From assembly GCA_963777505.1 (NCBI GenBank), contig CAVZQN010000003.1:638144-702143 (forward strand): a stretch of 64,000 bases of DNA, read 5' to 3'. The position numbers were made by a program, and so were the translations under genes. Below are positions 29,922 to 40,698 of the stretch, piece by piece. Below the pieces are notes generated by a model. The model ran no database searches. It was not told the DNA's origin and was given only the letters and a program-made list of their open reading frames with translations. The DNA is from an uncultured bacterium (GTDB taxonomy: Bacteria > Acidobacteriota > HRBIN11 > JAKEFK01). Each line of letters opens with the position of its first letter. Within the stretch, counting starts at the first letter, position 1.

Positions 29922-32900
29922 ATGGCAAACAAACGGATTTTACTCGTTGACTATGACCCGAAAAGCCTGACTTACACCCGCGATTTACTTCAGACCTCCG
30001 GCTTTGATGTATCGACCTGTGGCGACGGTGTGACAGCCCTGGATTATTTCAGTTCACTGAACCCCGATCTGGTTTTGCTCTCGGCGATGCTTCCAAAAAT
30101 GCATGGCTTTGAAGTCTGCAGCAATATCCGAAAATTACCGAAAGGTGCTAAAACACCGGTTGTAATTATCACGGATGTTTATAAAGGAAAGCGCTATCGT
30201 CTCGATGCAATCAATAAATATGGCGCCACGGAATACATAGAAAAGCCTATAGAAGATTCAAACCTTCTCTCTATTTTACAAAATCTAACCGGAACAAATG
30301 GAACTCAAGCTCAGGCCACAGCTGTTCCTTCCGCTATTGCTGAAGCCGAAAGAACGGTGAGCATTAGCAGCGAAGAATTGATGAATGCTATCAATGTAGC
30401 TGCAGCAGAAAAATCACCGCAGAGTAAACCAGCAGTTCCCCCTGCGAAAAAACCTGAAAGGCCACGAACGAAAGCTGATGATGATATGGATCGCAAGCTC
30501 GAAGAATCACTCGCTGGTTTGAGTCTGGATTTTGGCAAAGGAAGTTTGGCGAAGCTTAAGCCTAAACCCAAACCTGTTGAAGCCGTAAAGCCTGCTGTTG
30601 CAGCGCCAAAACCTATAGAGGTTCCAAAACCTGCACCTGTCGCACCGATTGTTAAACCGCCGGCGGTTCAAGCAGCGCCTGTTCAAACTCCCACTCCAGC
30701 TGTGCCACCAAAAGTCCAGAGCCCCAACGAAAAAGTCCAGAACCTCAACAAAGAAGCTTTGGATCTTCAGTTGATGATAATGTCATTTTCACATCTGAAG
30801 ACTTATTTACTGATGTAATCGCCAGTGTAGAAAAGGAACTTGAACACGAAAAAATCATAACGAAGTCTGGAGTTAAGGTAAAAACGGGAACAACAACAAA
30901 TCCGCAAGCGGCTGCACCTAAACCGCCTCAGCCTCAAGCGCCTGCAGAAGTAGCTCCGGTCGAAAGTTTTGAAGAGGAATTGGAAAAAAGAATTACTTCT
31001 ACATTATCTGGAATCGTCAAAGACAAAGTTGTTGCAATTAAGTCAGAAACCCCAACACCAAAAAAGGAAGAATTGCCTGAATCTCCGACTGTTCAACTCA
31101 CTCATGATTTTGTTAAAGAAGCGATTTTATCCACAGCTGTATCGTCCGGAGAAGGGATTAATTTTGGGCAATATTTGCTTTTAAGCAAGATAGCAGCCGG
31201 GGGAATGGCTGAATTATTTAAAGCGAAAAGGAAAGGAGTGGAAGGATTTGAAAAAATCCTCGCCATCAAACGCATTCTTCCCCACATGTTGGACAACGAA
31301 GAATTCATCACAATGTTTATCGATGAAGCGAAATTGGCGGCTCAACTGACTCATCAAAACATCTGTCAAATTTTCGATCTGGGAAAAATCGAAAATTCCT
31401 ACTACATTGCGATGGAGTTTGTTCATGGCAAAGATTTGCGTGCTGTATTAAGAGCGGCACGCTTACAGCAAAAGCCGATGCCTCTTGAACTTTCGGTCTT
31501 GGTAACGTCAAAAATTTGCAGCGCTCTTGATTATGCTCACCGCAAAAATGATATGAACAAGCAAGCCGCTGAATCTTAGTTCATCGAGATGTTTCGCCTC
31601 AGAATATTTTGATTTCTTATGAAGGAGACGTAAAGCTTGTCGATTTTGGGATTGCAAAGGCTACTACCAAGCTGCACGTGACTCAGCATGGTGCTCTAAA
31701 AGGCAAGTTGTTATATATGTCTCCCGAACAGGCTTGGGGAAAATCTGTTGACCGTCGTTCTGATGTATTTAGTGTTGGCGGTCTGCTGTATGAAATGTTA
31801 GCCGGACGTCCATTGTTTTTTGAAGAAAATGACACAGAAGTATCGATTCTTGATAAGGTCCGCGAGGCCCAAATAACTCCGATCCGGACTCTGATTCCTG
31901 ATGTTCCGCAAGAATTGGAAAAAATCCTGGCAAAAGCGCTTCAGAAAAATCCGGAAGATCGATATCAATCTGCGAATGAAATGCAAAAAGATCTCGATAA
32001 TCTGTTTTATACAGAAGGCTACAACGCAACGAGCGCCAGTCTTGCACAATTTGCGCGCAGTTTGTTTCCAGAAGATTTGGGTCAGGAAGCCAGCGTCCGC
32101 GAAACAATCATGTTAAGCAAAGAAGCTTCCAGTTCAATGAAAGCTCAACTGGCAGACAAAACGGCTGATAGACCTTCTCCGGAAATATCGAAAACAATGC
32201 CACCGGCTCCAGCGCCGAAATTCGTAAAAGCTCCGCAAGCTTCGCCTGTATCTTCAAATACGCAGCCTTCCGCAGCTGCTGCTTCTGCAAAGACAAAACC
32301 ATTAGCCGAGCAACCCAGGAGTGTCGAGGTTCCATCTCAGGCAAAACCTGAACCTCTTCCTGAGAAACCTGTTGTATCTTCGCCTGTATCGCCTACTCCT
32401 ACAACTCCGGAAATTTTAACAAGCGGATTTCGCGAAATTTCTGTTCCCGAAATACTCGCTCCACAGCCTTCAAGCGGAGGTATTACAAAAGTTCTCGCAG
32501 GCGGTCTTGCACTGGCTCTGATTGTTGGTGCCATCGGATATTTCCTGTTCCGCCCAAAACCCGCTGAGAATAGAAAAACCGGCCAACCGAAGCAAACACA
32601 GCAAGCTCAGGCACAACCAAAGGCTGATCCTGTTCCAAACGAACAGAAATCAACCTCTGTCACTCCAGCAGTACCTGTTGAGACGGAAGAACAGAAACAA
32701 GAATTGCTTAAACGCATCGAAGAGGAAAAAAAGAAAATAGATTCTTTGAAGGCAGAAGCTTTGAAAGCGGAAGCGTTGAAAGCAGATGGACTCAAAAAAC
32801 TTGAAGAACAACAGAAGCTGGATGAACAAAAAAAGTTAGAAGATCTGAAAAAAGAAGAAGCTCAAAAGCTGGAAGAGCAACGTCTTGCTGAAGAACAAAA

Positions 32901-33372
32901 GAAAGCTGAAGCCGATAAAGCGGCCGAAGAGCAACGCCTGCGGGATGAAGCTCAAGTTGAGCAAGCCCGTTTAGCTCAACTTCAACAAGAACAACAAACA
33001 CCTTCACAACCTTCGGCTACGCAACCAGAGCCTGCACCGGTACTTCCTCAAGAGCCTGTTGTTAACGAAGGCGATCTTGTGGACTTATCACCAGATGTGA
33101 CGAAGCCGGTACTCACAAAAAAAGTGGAACCAGAGTACCCTCCACTGGCGCGACAAAAGAAAATTGAAGGAACTGTAATTTTACAATTGCTTGTGAATGA
33201 GAATGGACAAGTTTCAGATGTTAAAGTTTTACGCAAGGCTGGAGGTTCAACTGGAATAACTGAATCTGCTGTTGCAGCCGCGCGGCAATGGGTTTTTCAA
33301 CCTGCCGTAAAAGCAGGAAAACGCGTAAAAGTTCAAATAACATATCCGATTCATTTCAAATTGCAAAATTAA
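29922..33372 (+). pseudogene. Pseudo-receiver / Pro-rich linker / Hanks Ser-Thr kinase / TM / coiled coil / TonB C-terminal fusion, broken by frameshifts (real or assembly error)
   Basis: Three track ORFs join into about 1149 aa. Frame breaks lie near 30710-30713 and 31561-31579. Motifs: GGMAELF, AIK, HRDVSPQN (31582-31605), DFG, YMSPE, PEYPPLAR...WVFQPA. Confidence 0.85.
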
Positions 33373-33402
33373 AAAATAAAAGGCATTTAGGGAGGATAAC
33401 TC

Positions 33403-33657
33403 ATGCCGCCACTTTCGAAGGATCAGCAGAAATTTTATGAGAATGCTATTGAGATGGCAAAAAGACATATCGATGAAATTGATTCGAAGATTGAAGACGA
33501 ATTATCTCGAATCAAAGAACGGTTAGCCGAATTGCAGAATGAGAAAAAGAATGTTCGTTCTATCTATGATAGCGCTTGCGCCATGCTCGGAGTTGAAAAC
33601 GAACTCGAAAAAAGAGAAGAAGCGGCCGAAGGGGCCGAAGATGTCGTAGAGGCATAA
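33403..33657 (+). CDS. Small acidic coiled-coil hypothetical protein
   Basis: GGAGG RBS; 84-aa protein with heptad pattern. Confidence 0.8.
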   Translation: MPPLSKDQQKFYENAIEMAKRHIDEIDSKIEDELSRIKERLAELQNEKKNVRSIYDSACAMLGVENELEKREEAAEGAEDVVEA

Positions 33658-33683
33658 GCTTTACTCAGGACTTATTCTATTTA

Positions 33684-33787
33684 GCTGAAGCCCAACTCGC
33701 TCTGGAACTCAATTTCTGATTTCCCGACTTGCTTTTAGTAGTAGTCAGCGGCATGGGAAGAAGAATCCAAAGCGGGTTGGGCTTAGC
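33684..33787. ncRNA. Candidate 104-nt rod-shaped structured element
   Basis: About 21-bp closing stem with nested inner stems; no known family recognised. Confidence 0.35.
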
Positions 33788-33794
33788 ATTCTAA

Positions 33795-33862
33795 GATTAA
33801 AGATAAAAAATAAAAAATTAAAAATGAGCTCATCTTTGATCTTTTATTTTTAATCTTTAATC
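33795..33862. repeat. Inverted heptamer array (AAARATW)n
   Basis: GATTAAAGATAAAAAATAAAA...TTTTATTTTTAATCTTTAATC with one mismatch; GAGCTC at the centre. Confidence 0.75.
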
Positions 33863-33869
33863 GTGAAAT

Positions 33870-34745
33870 ATGACTTGGTTTAGAAAAGAAAAGAAACCCA
33901 TCGAACAAGCGACTGAAAAGCCGTCTCGTATACAGGAAGGCTTGTGGATCAAGTGTGATGGTTGTCATCAGATCATTTGGCACAAGGAAGTTGAGAGGAA
34001 TAATAACGTTTGTCCTAAATGTGGATATCACTTTAGAATCGACGCTGAACAAAGGATTCGGATGCTGCTGGATGGTGGTGAATATAAAGAGATTCATACT
34101 AATGTTCTTTCGGTGGATGTGTTGAGATTTAAAGACACAAAAAAATACAAAGACCGTTTGCAGCAAAGTTGGAACTCAACAGGCCTATCGGATGCAGTGC
34201 GTGTAGTGGAAGGCAAAATGGGTGGACGTCCTGTTGTCTTATGTGCAATGGAATATGCCTTTATGGGTGGAAGTATGGGCACGGTTGTCGGTGAAAAGAT
34301 TACGCGTGCAGCAGAAAGGTCTCTGGAAAACAGATCGCCTCTTCTGATTGTTTCATGTTCGGGTGGAGCGCGAATGCAGGAGGGTGCTCTTTCACTTGTT
34401 CAAATGGCAAAAATTTCTGCGGCGCTTGCAAGACTTGATGATGCAGCAATCCCTTATATTTCAATCATTACAGATCCGACAACAGGTGGCGTTTCGGCCA
34501 GTTATGCCATGTTGGGAGATCTCAATGTTGCGGAACCACGCGCGTTGATTGGATTTGCAGGCCCACGAGTCATTGAACAAACCATTCGGCAGAAGCTTCC
34601 AGATGGATTTCAACGCTCTGAATTCTTGCTGGAACATGGCATGCTTGATGCGATTGTAGAAAGACAAGAGCTTCGCGAATTCCTGATCCGCATTTTTAAT
34701 TTCCTGCTGGAACCTGTCCCTTATTCTCCAAATCCATCTACCTAA
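33870..34745 (+). CDS. accD: Acetyl-CoA carboxylase carboxyltransferase beta subunit
   Basis: LWIKCDGC...CPKC zinc finger, [14 protein letters not shown] and [11 protein letters not shown] motifs. Confidence 0.97.
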   Translation: MTWFRKEKKPIEQATEKPSRIQEGLWIKCDGCHQIIWHKEVERNNNVCPKCGYHFRIDAEQRIRMLLDGGEYKEIHTNVLSVDVLRFKDTKKYKDRLQQSWNSTGLSDAVRVVEGKMGGRPVVLCAMEYAFMGGSMGTVVGEKITRAAERSLENRSPLLIVSCSGGARMQEGALSLVQMAKISAALARLDDAAIPYISIITDPTTGGVSASYAMLGDLNVAEPRALIGFAGPRVIEQTIRQKLPDGFQRSEFLLEHGMLDAIVERQELREFLIRIFNFLLEPVPYSPNPST

Positions 34746-34763
34746 TTTCTGGGGTTTAAAACC

Positions 34764-36059
34764 ATGTCAGATGTTTATAAACGTCTGGAGTCCCTCGAAA
34801 AGATCGGGATTAAGCTTGGTTTACGAAACATCAAGACGATCCTCGAGGCCTTAGGTCAGCCCCAAAATACATATCGTTCGATCCTGATTGCTGGAACAAA
34901 CGGAAAAGGGTCGACTGGTGCAATGCTCGATTCAATTCTTGCAAAACATGGTTATAAAACAGGCTACTACACCTCTCCCCACTTGATTGATGTTCGTGAG
35001 CGCTTTCAGATTAATCGGCAAATGATTCCTGCGGATCAATTTGAATCATTGTTGGCGACTGTTTTTGATGTAGTGGATTCAATGATGTCTTTCTCAAAGC
35101 TGGAAGGGCCGCCTACATATTTTGAAGTTTTGACAGCCGTAACCCTTTTACACTTTCACAAAGCTGAAGTTGACTTCGCGGTTATTGAAGTTGGTCTCGG
35201 CGGGCGTTTTGATGCAACAAACTCTGTTTCACAGAATATTTCGATAATTACAAGCATCGATTACGATCATGAAGAATTTCTTGGCAAATCGATCGCACAA
35301 ATTGCTTTCGAAAAAGCAGGTATTTTTAAATCAAACATCCCGGTCGTCTGCGGACCCCTGCCACTGGAAGCAGCAAAAGTGATCCATGAAAATGCTGAGC
35401 GCTTGAATTGCAAGATAAACGTTCTGGATCCCTCTTCATTGTCAGAGTTAACGCTTAAAGAAGGGTTTCCAGTCTTTCGATATGCTCCCTGGAACAAAGA
35501 AGTGCGCGTTAACTTGCGTGGACGCCATCAAGCTCTGAATGCGGGGGTCGCTCTTCTAACGTGCGATGTTCTTCGCGAAAATGGTTTGGAAATCAAAAGG
35601 GATACTGTTGTCGATGCTTTGAATGAAGTTGAGTGGCCTGGTCGATTGGATTTACTGCAAGAGAATCCTCCGGTGTTACTGGATTGTGCACACAATCCGA
35701 TGGGTGTGAAGTCTCTCGCTGCATTTTTGAAGGACTATGGGTGGAAAAATGTCATCGCGCTATTTACTGCGATGAAAGATAAGAAAATTTCTGCCATGCT
35801 TCACCAAATTGCACCGCACATTACACAAATGACGCTGACGCGAATTCATCCGCTGAACCGTTGTGCCAGCAGGGAACAGTTAGAAAAAGCATGTGCTGCG
35901 GAGAGGATTCCATATGAGTTTGAGGAATCAGTAGAAAAAGCATTGAGCATGGCCTTCTCTCAAGCGAAAGAGCATCAGCTTCCCCTATTGATCTTTGGCT
36001 CCATCTACCTCGCGGGGGAGATTCTCAAGATTTACCGCAAAGACGCTAAAATGATATAA
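34764..36059 (+). CDS. folC: Folylpolyglutamate/dihydrofolate synthase
   Basis: AGTNGKGS, YTSPHL, EVGLGGRFDATN, WPGR, DCAHNP and GSIYLAG motifs. Confidence 0.95.
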   Translation: MSDVYKRLESLEKIGIKLGLRNIKTILEALGQPQNTYRSILIAGTNGKGSTGAMLDSILAKHGYKTGYYTSPHLIDVRERFQINRQMIPADQFESLLATVFDVVDSMMSFSKLEGPPTYFEVLTAVTLLHFHKAEVDFAVIEVGLGGRFDATNSVSQNISIITSIDYDHEEFLGKSIAQIAFEKAGIFKSNIPVVCGPLPLEAAKVIHENAERLNCKINVLDPSSLSELTLKEGFPVFRYAPWNKEVRVNLRGRHQALNAGVALLTCDVLRENGLEIKRDTVVDALNEVEWPGRLDLLQENPPVLLDCAHNPMGVKSLAAFLKDYGWKNVIALFTAMKDKKISAMLHQIAPHITQMTLTRIHPLNRCASREQLEKACAAERIPYEFEESVEKALSMAFSQAKEHQLPLLIFGSIYLAGEILKIYRKDAKMI

Positions 36060-36086
36060 TTTCCCGGGGATTCGTATTCTAACTAA

Positions 36087-37400
36087 ATGAAAACAAAAGC
36101 TTTAATCGGATTGTTATTCGTTTTAGCTTTTGTCTCTCCTGTTTCAGCATCGGGGAAGGTCGTTCATTTTTTTGTGAACGGCGCGATTCATGCGATTACA
36201 GCCGAATACGCGGTAAAGGCGCTTGAATATGCGGTTGAGCAAGAAGCGGAGGCAGTGGTCTTTCAGATTCAGACGCCTGGCGGTGTAAGCGAATCGATGC
36301 GAACAATCATTTCCAAAATGATTGCTTCACCAATTCCTGTGATAGTTTTTGTAGCGCCTAGCGGCGCACGTGGTACGTCCGCAGGCTTTTACATCATTGT
36401 CGCATCCGATATTGCTGCTATGGCCCCTGGAACACATATCGGCTCCGCTCATCCTGTATTTGGTCAAGAAGGACAGGACAACGAAAATACGAAAACAATG
36501 ATGAAGAAAGCCACAGAAGATTCCGTGGCTTACATCAAAACACTTGCCGCAAGACGCGGCCGGAATGTTGAACAAGCTGAAAAGGCGGTTCGCGACAGCG
36601 TCTCGTTTACCGAAAATGAAGCATTGAAGCTCGGACTGATTGATATTGTTGCAAAAGATGTCAATGAACTATTAAAAAATTCCGATGGAAAGGAAATAAA
36701 ACGCTTTGACGGTTCTTCCAAAAAACTCAATTTCAAAAACGCAAAAGTAGTTGCATTCGAAATGACAAAACGGCAGCGATTCCTCTCGCTCCTTGCCGAT
36801 CCAAATATCACTTTCATTCTTGTTGGTCTTGGAATGTTAGGGCTCATGGTTGAACTCTACAATCCGGGATTGATTCTTCCCGGAGTGATTGGGGTTGTTT
36901 GTTTAGCATTGTTCTTTCTGTCTGTACAAGTTATCCCGGTAAATGTAGCAGGACTTGTGCTCATTGCGCTCGCTGTACTCTTGTTTGTTCTTGAGCTAAA
37001 GATTCATAGTTACGGCCTGCTCACAATCGGTGGAATCCTTTCATTGGCGCTTGGGGCGACAATGTTAATTGATGCTCCAATTCCGGAAATGCGAATTGCA
37101 TTTCGTGTCATTGCAACGATCGTTACTTTGATCGGGCTCACCATGGCAACGCTTTTATACATGGTGATTTCGCTTCATCGAACAAAACCTGTGACAGGCG
37201 CTCAAGGCTTGTTGCAAGAAATCGGTACGGCTCAAACCGACATTAATCCAGAAGGGCAGATCTACATTCATGGTGAAATATGGAGAGCCGTTTCGCCACA
37301 ACCAATTTCGAAAGGTGAAAAGGTAAGAATCCGTTCGGTAGATGGTTTGACCCTTCGCGTTGAAAAATTTTCGGGCGAAACCTCAACACAAACGAGATGA
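36087..37400 (+). CDS. nfeD: NfeD (long form, ClpP-like protease domain)
   Basis: [34 protein letters not shown] region and GEIWRA OB-fold. Confidence 0.92.
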   Translation: MKTKALIGLLFVLAFVSPVSASGKVVHFFVNGAIHAITAEYAVKALEYAVEQEAEAVVFQIQTPGGVSESMRTIISKMIASPIPVIVFVAPSGARGTSAGFYIIVASDIAAMAPGTHIGSAHPVFGQEGQDNENTKTMMKKATEDSVAYIKTLAARRGRNVEQAEKAVRDSVSFTENEALKLGLIDIVAKDVNELLKNSDGKEIKRFDGSSKKLNFKNAKVVAFEMTKRQRFLSLLADPNITFILVGLGMLGLMVELYNPGLILPGVIGVVCLALFFLSVQVIPVNVAGLVLIALAVLLFVLELKIHSYGLLTIGGILSLALGATMLIDAPIPEMRIAFRVIATIVTLIGLTMATLLYMVISLHRTKPVTGAQGLLQEIGTAQTDINPEGQIYIHGEIWRAVSPQPISKGEKVRIRSVDGLTLRVEKFSGETSTQTR

Positions 37401-37413
37401 AATGGGAAATGTG

Positions 37414-38184
37414 ATGGAAAATTTTGTTACGTATCCAATTATTATTATTTTTCTGTTTATCCTTTTATCTTCATGGATAAAGATTCTTAGAGAATATGAA
37501 CGTGGAGTTGTATTTCGGCTAGGCAGGCTAGTTTCTCAACCACGCGGACCCGGTGTCACCTTTATAGCGGCACCTTTTGAAAAAATGGTTCGGGTTAGTC
37601 TGCGGACTGTTACGATGGATGTCCCACCGCAAGATGTAATCACAAGGGATAATGTCTCTGTAAAAGTGAATGCTGTTGTGTACTTCCGGGTTTTTGATCC
37701 AAATAGAGCAATCGTTGAAGTCGAAAATTATCTTTACGCGACTTCACAACTCGCGCAAACAACACTTCGATCCATTCTTGGCGAAGTAGAATTGGATGGC
37801 CTTTTAGCCGAGCGTGAAAAATTAAATGCACGCTTACAGCAGATCCTGGATCAACAAACAGATCCCTGGGGAATAAAGGTATCGATGGTAGAAGTGAAGC
37901 ATGTCGATCTTCCTCAGGAAATGCAGCGAGCGATGGCTAAGCAAGCAGAAGCTGAGCGTGAAAAACGTGCAAAGATCATTCATGCTGAAGGTGAAAAGCT
38001 AGCTGCTACATCTCTTTCGCAAGCGGCTGCCCAACTTGCGACTCATCCACTCACAATCCAATTGCGTTATTTGCAGACGTTGACTGAAATTGCAACAGAA
38101 AAGAACTCAACAATTATTTTCCCGCTGCCGATTGATCTGATCGATCATTTTCTAAAATTGCGAACTGAATTAGGAAATAAATGA
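37414..38184 (+). CDS. SPFH/stomatin-like (slipin) protein
   Basis: [36 protein letters not shown] and LRYLQTL motifs; alternative start 37402. Confidence 0.93.
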   Translation: MENFVTYPIIIIFLFILLSSWIKILREYERGVVFRLGRLVSQPRGPGVTFIAAPFEKMVRVSLRTVTMDVPPQDVITRDNVSVKVNAVVYFRVFDPNRAIVEVENYLYATSQLAQTTLRSILGEVELDGLLAEREKLNARLQQILDQQTDPWGIKVSMVEVKHVDLPQEMQRAMAKQAEAEREKRAKIIHAEGEKLAATSLSQAAAQLATHPLTIQLRYLQTLTEIATEKNSTIIFPLPIDLIDHFLKLRTELGNK

Positions 38185-39569
38185 AAGATCGAGCTCTGCT
38201 GGTAGATCCAATGGGCCTTTTACCGGAGCCGCTTTTAGCTTTTCTTTCTTCCAAAGGATTTGAAGTCGATAAAGTAACTGCTGAAGCGCAGTCGATTAAA
38301 TTGATGGCAGAGCATCACTATTCGCTCATCTTTGTGTGCATGCAAGACAGAGATGGAATTACAGTACTGAAAGATTTGCGGAATCGTGCACGGCCTCCCT
38401 ATCATATTCTTGCATCCGGACCCAATGAAGTTTCTTTTGCTGTGGATGCAATCAAAACAGGCGCCAATCACTACTGGCCTAATCCCGTTGCAATGCCGGA
38501 TGTTGAAAAATTCTTTTCAGAACAACATCTCGAACCTGCAGGAAAACGGTATCAACGTGAGGAAGCACTCCTGCAAATCATTAAAGAAATCGCACTCACG
38601 ATGGAGCTGGATGGGCTTGTTAATATTTTGATGGATTCCGCTATGGAATTAACAAAAGCAGAAGGTGGCGCACTGCTTCTGCTGGATGACAAATCTCAAC
38701 TTCTTAGAAGAAAGGCAGTTCGAGGAGTTAGCGGAGGACAGGAAGAAGAAGATCTCTTCGGGTTGCCAGATACGCAATATCAAAAGATTCTTCAACAAAG
38801 AAGACCAGTGTTACTGAATTACGCAGATGTATCCAATGATCATAAAGTGCGTGCAGTCATTGCTGCGCCGATCTGGTGGAGAGAAGAACCATTAGGTTTA
38901 CTCATAAACGTAAAATTTTCATCGAGTAAACATCCATTTTCAAATGATGACTACAAAGTTCTTTCATTACTGATTGATGAAATTTCAGGAGCAGTTTTTA
39001 ACGCTGTCACACATTACAAAACGAAAGAACTTACGATCAAAGACGATCTAACTGAAGCTTACAATCGCAGATATTTCGAAATATATCTTGAAGAAGAATT
39101 CATGCGTGCGCGTAGATATGGTTCGAATTTGTCCCTTATCTTTTTTGATGTGGATAATCTGAAAGAAGTGAACATGCAGCATGGACATATCACTGGTTCT
39201 AAAGCCCTTCAGGAAGTTGCACGGAGGATGATTCTCACCGTGCGTGGAATCGATAAAGTTGTAAGATATGGGGGCGACGAATTTTGTGTTGTGCTGCCCG
39301 AGACCGACACCCAGGGCGCCTTTCAGGTCGCTGAACGTATCAGAAATACAATTGCGGCAAAACCATTTGCTATTAATGAAAACATTCAGTTTTTGATCAC
39401 AGGCAGTATCGGAATTGCTTCATATCCGATGCACGCCGGTTCAAAAGAAGATCTCATAAGACAGGCTGATAAAGCTATGTTTGTTATTAAGAAAAAAAGC
39501 AAAAATGCAATTGCAGTAGCCGAAGTTCCGGCCACCCAGGAAGCCGGTACAGCAGAGGGGAGTTCTTGA
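38181..39569 (+). CDS. Diguanylate cyclase (degenerate REC-GAF-GGDEF)
   Basis: [12 protein letters not shown]-site RGID five residues before an intact GGDEF. Confidence 0.9.
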   Translation: MKDRALLVDPMGLLPEPLLAFLSSKGFEVDKVTAEAQSIKLMAEHHYSLIFVCMQDRDGITVLKDLRNRARPPYHILASGPNEVSFAVDAIKTGANHYWPNPVAMPDVEKFFSEQHLEPAGKRYQREEALLQIIKEIALTMELDGLVNILMDSAMELTKAEGGALLLLDDKSQLLRRKAVRGVSGGQEEEDLFGLPDTQYQKILQQRRPVLLNYADVSNDHKVRAVIAAPIWWREEPLGLLINVKFSSSKHPFSNDDYKVLSLLIDEISGAVFNAVTHYKTKELTIKDDLTEAYNRRYFEIYLEEEFMRARRYGSNLSLIFFDVDNLKEVNMQHGHITGSKALQEVARRMILTVRGIDKVVRYGGDEFCVVLPETDTQGAFQVAERIRNTIAAKPFAINENIQFLITGSIGIASYPMHAGSKEDLIRQADKAMFVIKKKSKNAIAVAEVPATQEAGTAEGSS

Positions 39570-40696
39570 ACGACGAATTAACTATTCGGGGATCTCTCGA
39601 AGAATCATCATTACCTGAACTCTTACGTTCTGTCACACGAAGCCATGAAACAGGCGTTTTAACCTGCAAGATTCAGGGCTTTGTAAAATCTATTTATATT
39701 CAAGAAGGGCAAATCATTTTTGCTTCCTCATCAAATCCAGATGACCGTCTGGGCGAATCGCTTTTGAAGAATGGAAGAGTTCCGCTCAAACAGTTGCTGG
39801 AAGCCTCTAGAGCCGTGCGAACTGGAAAACGGTTAGGTTCAGTCCTTTGCGAGATGAATGTTCTCAGTCCGGAAGACCTCGTTGAAGGTGTGCGAAATCA
39901 GGTCAGAGACATAATCCTCAGTGTCTTCAAAGCGATTGCGGGTGATTATCAGCTGGCTCTGAGAGAAGTCGATACGCATGAAATGATTCTTTTGAACGTA
40001 AGCACAGAAGACATTATCTTTGATGGAGTGAAATCGATCGACAAGTGGCACCGTATACATAAAGGACTGGGACCTTTGAACGGAAGATTGATTCCATCAG
40101 AAGAAGCGGAAAAAAACATTTTGAATCTCACGTTAGATCCGGATGAACAGCACTTATTTTCGCTGTGCCAAAAAGGACAGTTTAATGTTGAAGAAATTTG
40201 TACCATGAGTTACATGAGTGATTTTGATACGTGCCGTCATCTCTGGGCATTTATGATGGTTGGTGTTTTGGATGCAGTAGAACAACCGGAAGGTAAAGAT
40301 GTCTCAGCGGTTACAACATCTGAACTGACTGAAGATATGGAATACGAATTCCATGATCTTGTCGAAAATTATAACGATCTCTTTTCACACGTTTATGATT
40401 TTGCTTTCAAACGCGCTGAGGATAAGGCCGAAGGACTTGCAGTCAAAGCCATGGATCAAGTTAGCGGTTCGATTCCACAGCTTCTGAACAATATTCGTTT
40501 GGATTCATATGGCAGGATCGATTCAGATTCTTTAATGCGCAACATAATTGCCATTCCTGAAGCCGGCAAAATGGAAACTGTTGCAGGAGCATTGGAAGAA
40601 ATCCTGTATGCGTTGTTGTATGAAATTGGATCCGTTTTTGGACCAGAGCAGCAGAAAAAACTAACGGATGAAGTCCAATCCATTCGTAAGAAGTAA
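39566..40696 (+). CDS. DUF4388 domain protein
   Basis: GSLEESSLPELL...TGVL...GQIIFASSSNPDDRLGESL; TTG start overlaps the DGC stop. Confidence 0.8.
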   Translation: MNDELTIRGSLEESSLPELLRSVTRSHETGVLTCKIQGFVKSIYIQEGQIIFASSSNPDDRLGESLLKNGRVPLKQLLEASRAVRTGKRLGSVLCEMNVLSPEDLVEGVRNQVRDIILSVFKAIAGDYQLALREVDTHEMILLNVSTEDIIFDGVKSIDKWHRIHKGLGPLNGRLIPSEEAEKNILNLTLDPDEQHLFSLCQKGQFNVEEICTMSYMSDFDTCRHLWAFMMVGVLDAVEQPEGKDVSAVTTSELTEDMEYEFHDLVENYNDLFSHVYDFAFKRAEDKAEGLAVKAMDQVSGSIPQLLNNIRLDSYGRIDSDSLMRNIIAIPEAGKMETVAGALEEILYALLYEIGSVFGPEQQKKLTDEVQSIRKK

Positions 40697-40698
40697 CT

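Noticed and set aside
30705-30818. Programmed -1 ribosomal frameshift
   Set aside because: No canonical slippery heptamer in the zero frame and no clear stimulator; kept only as an unexplained indel.
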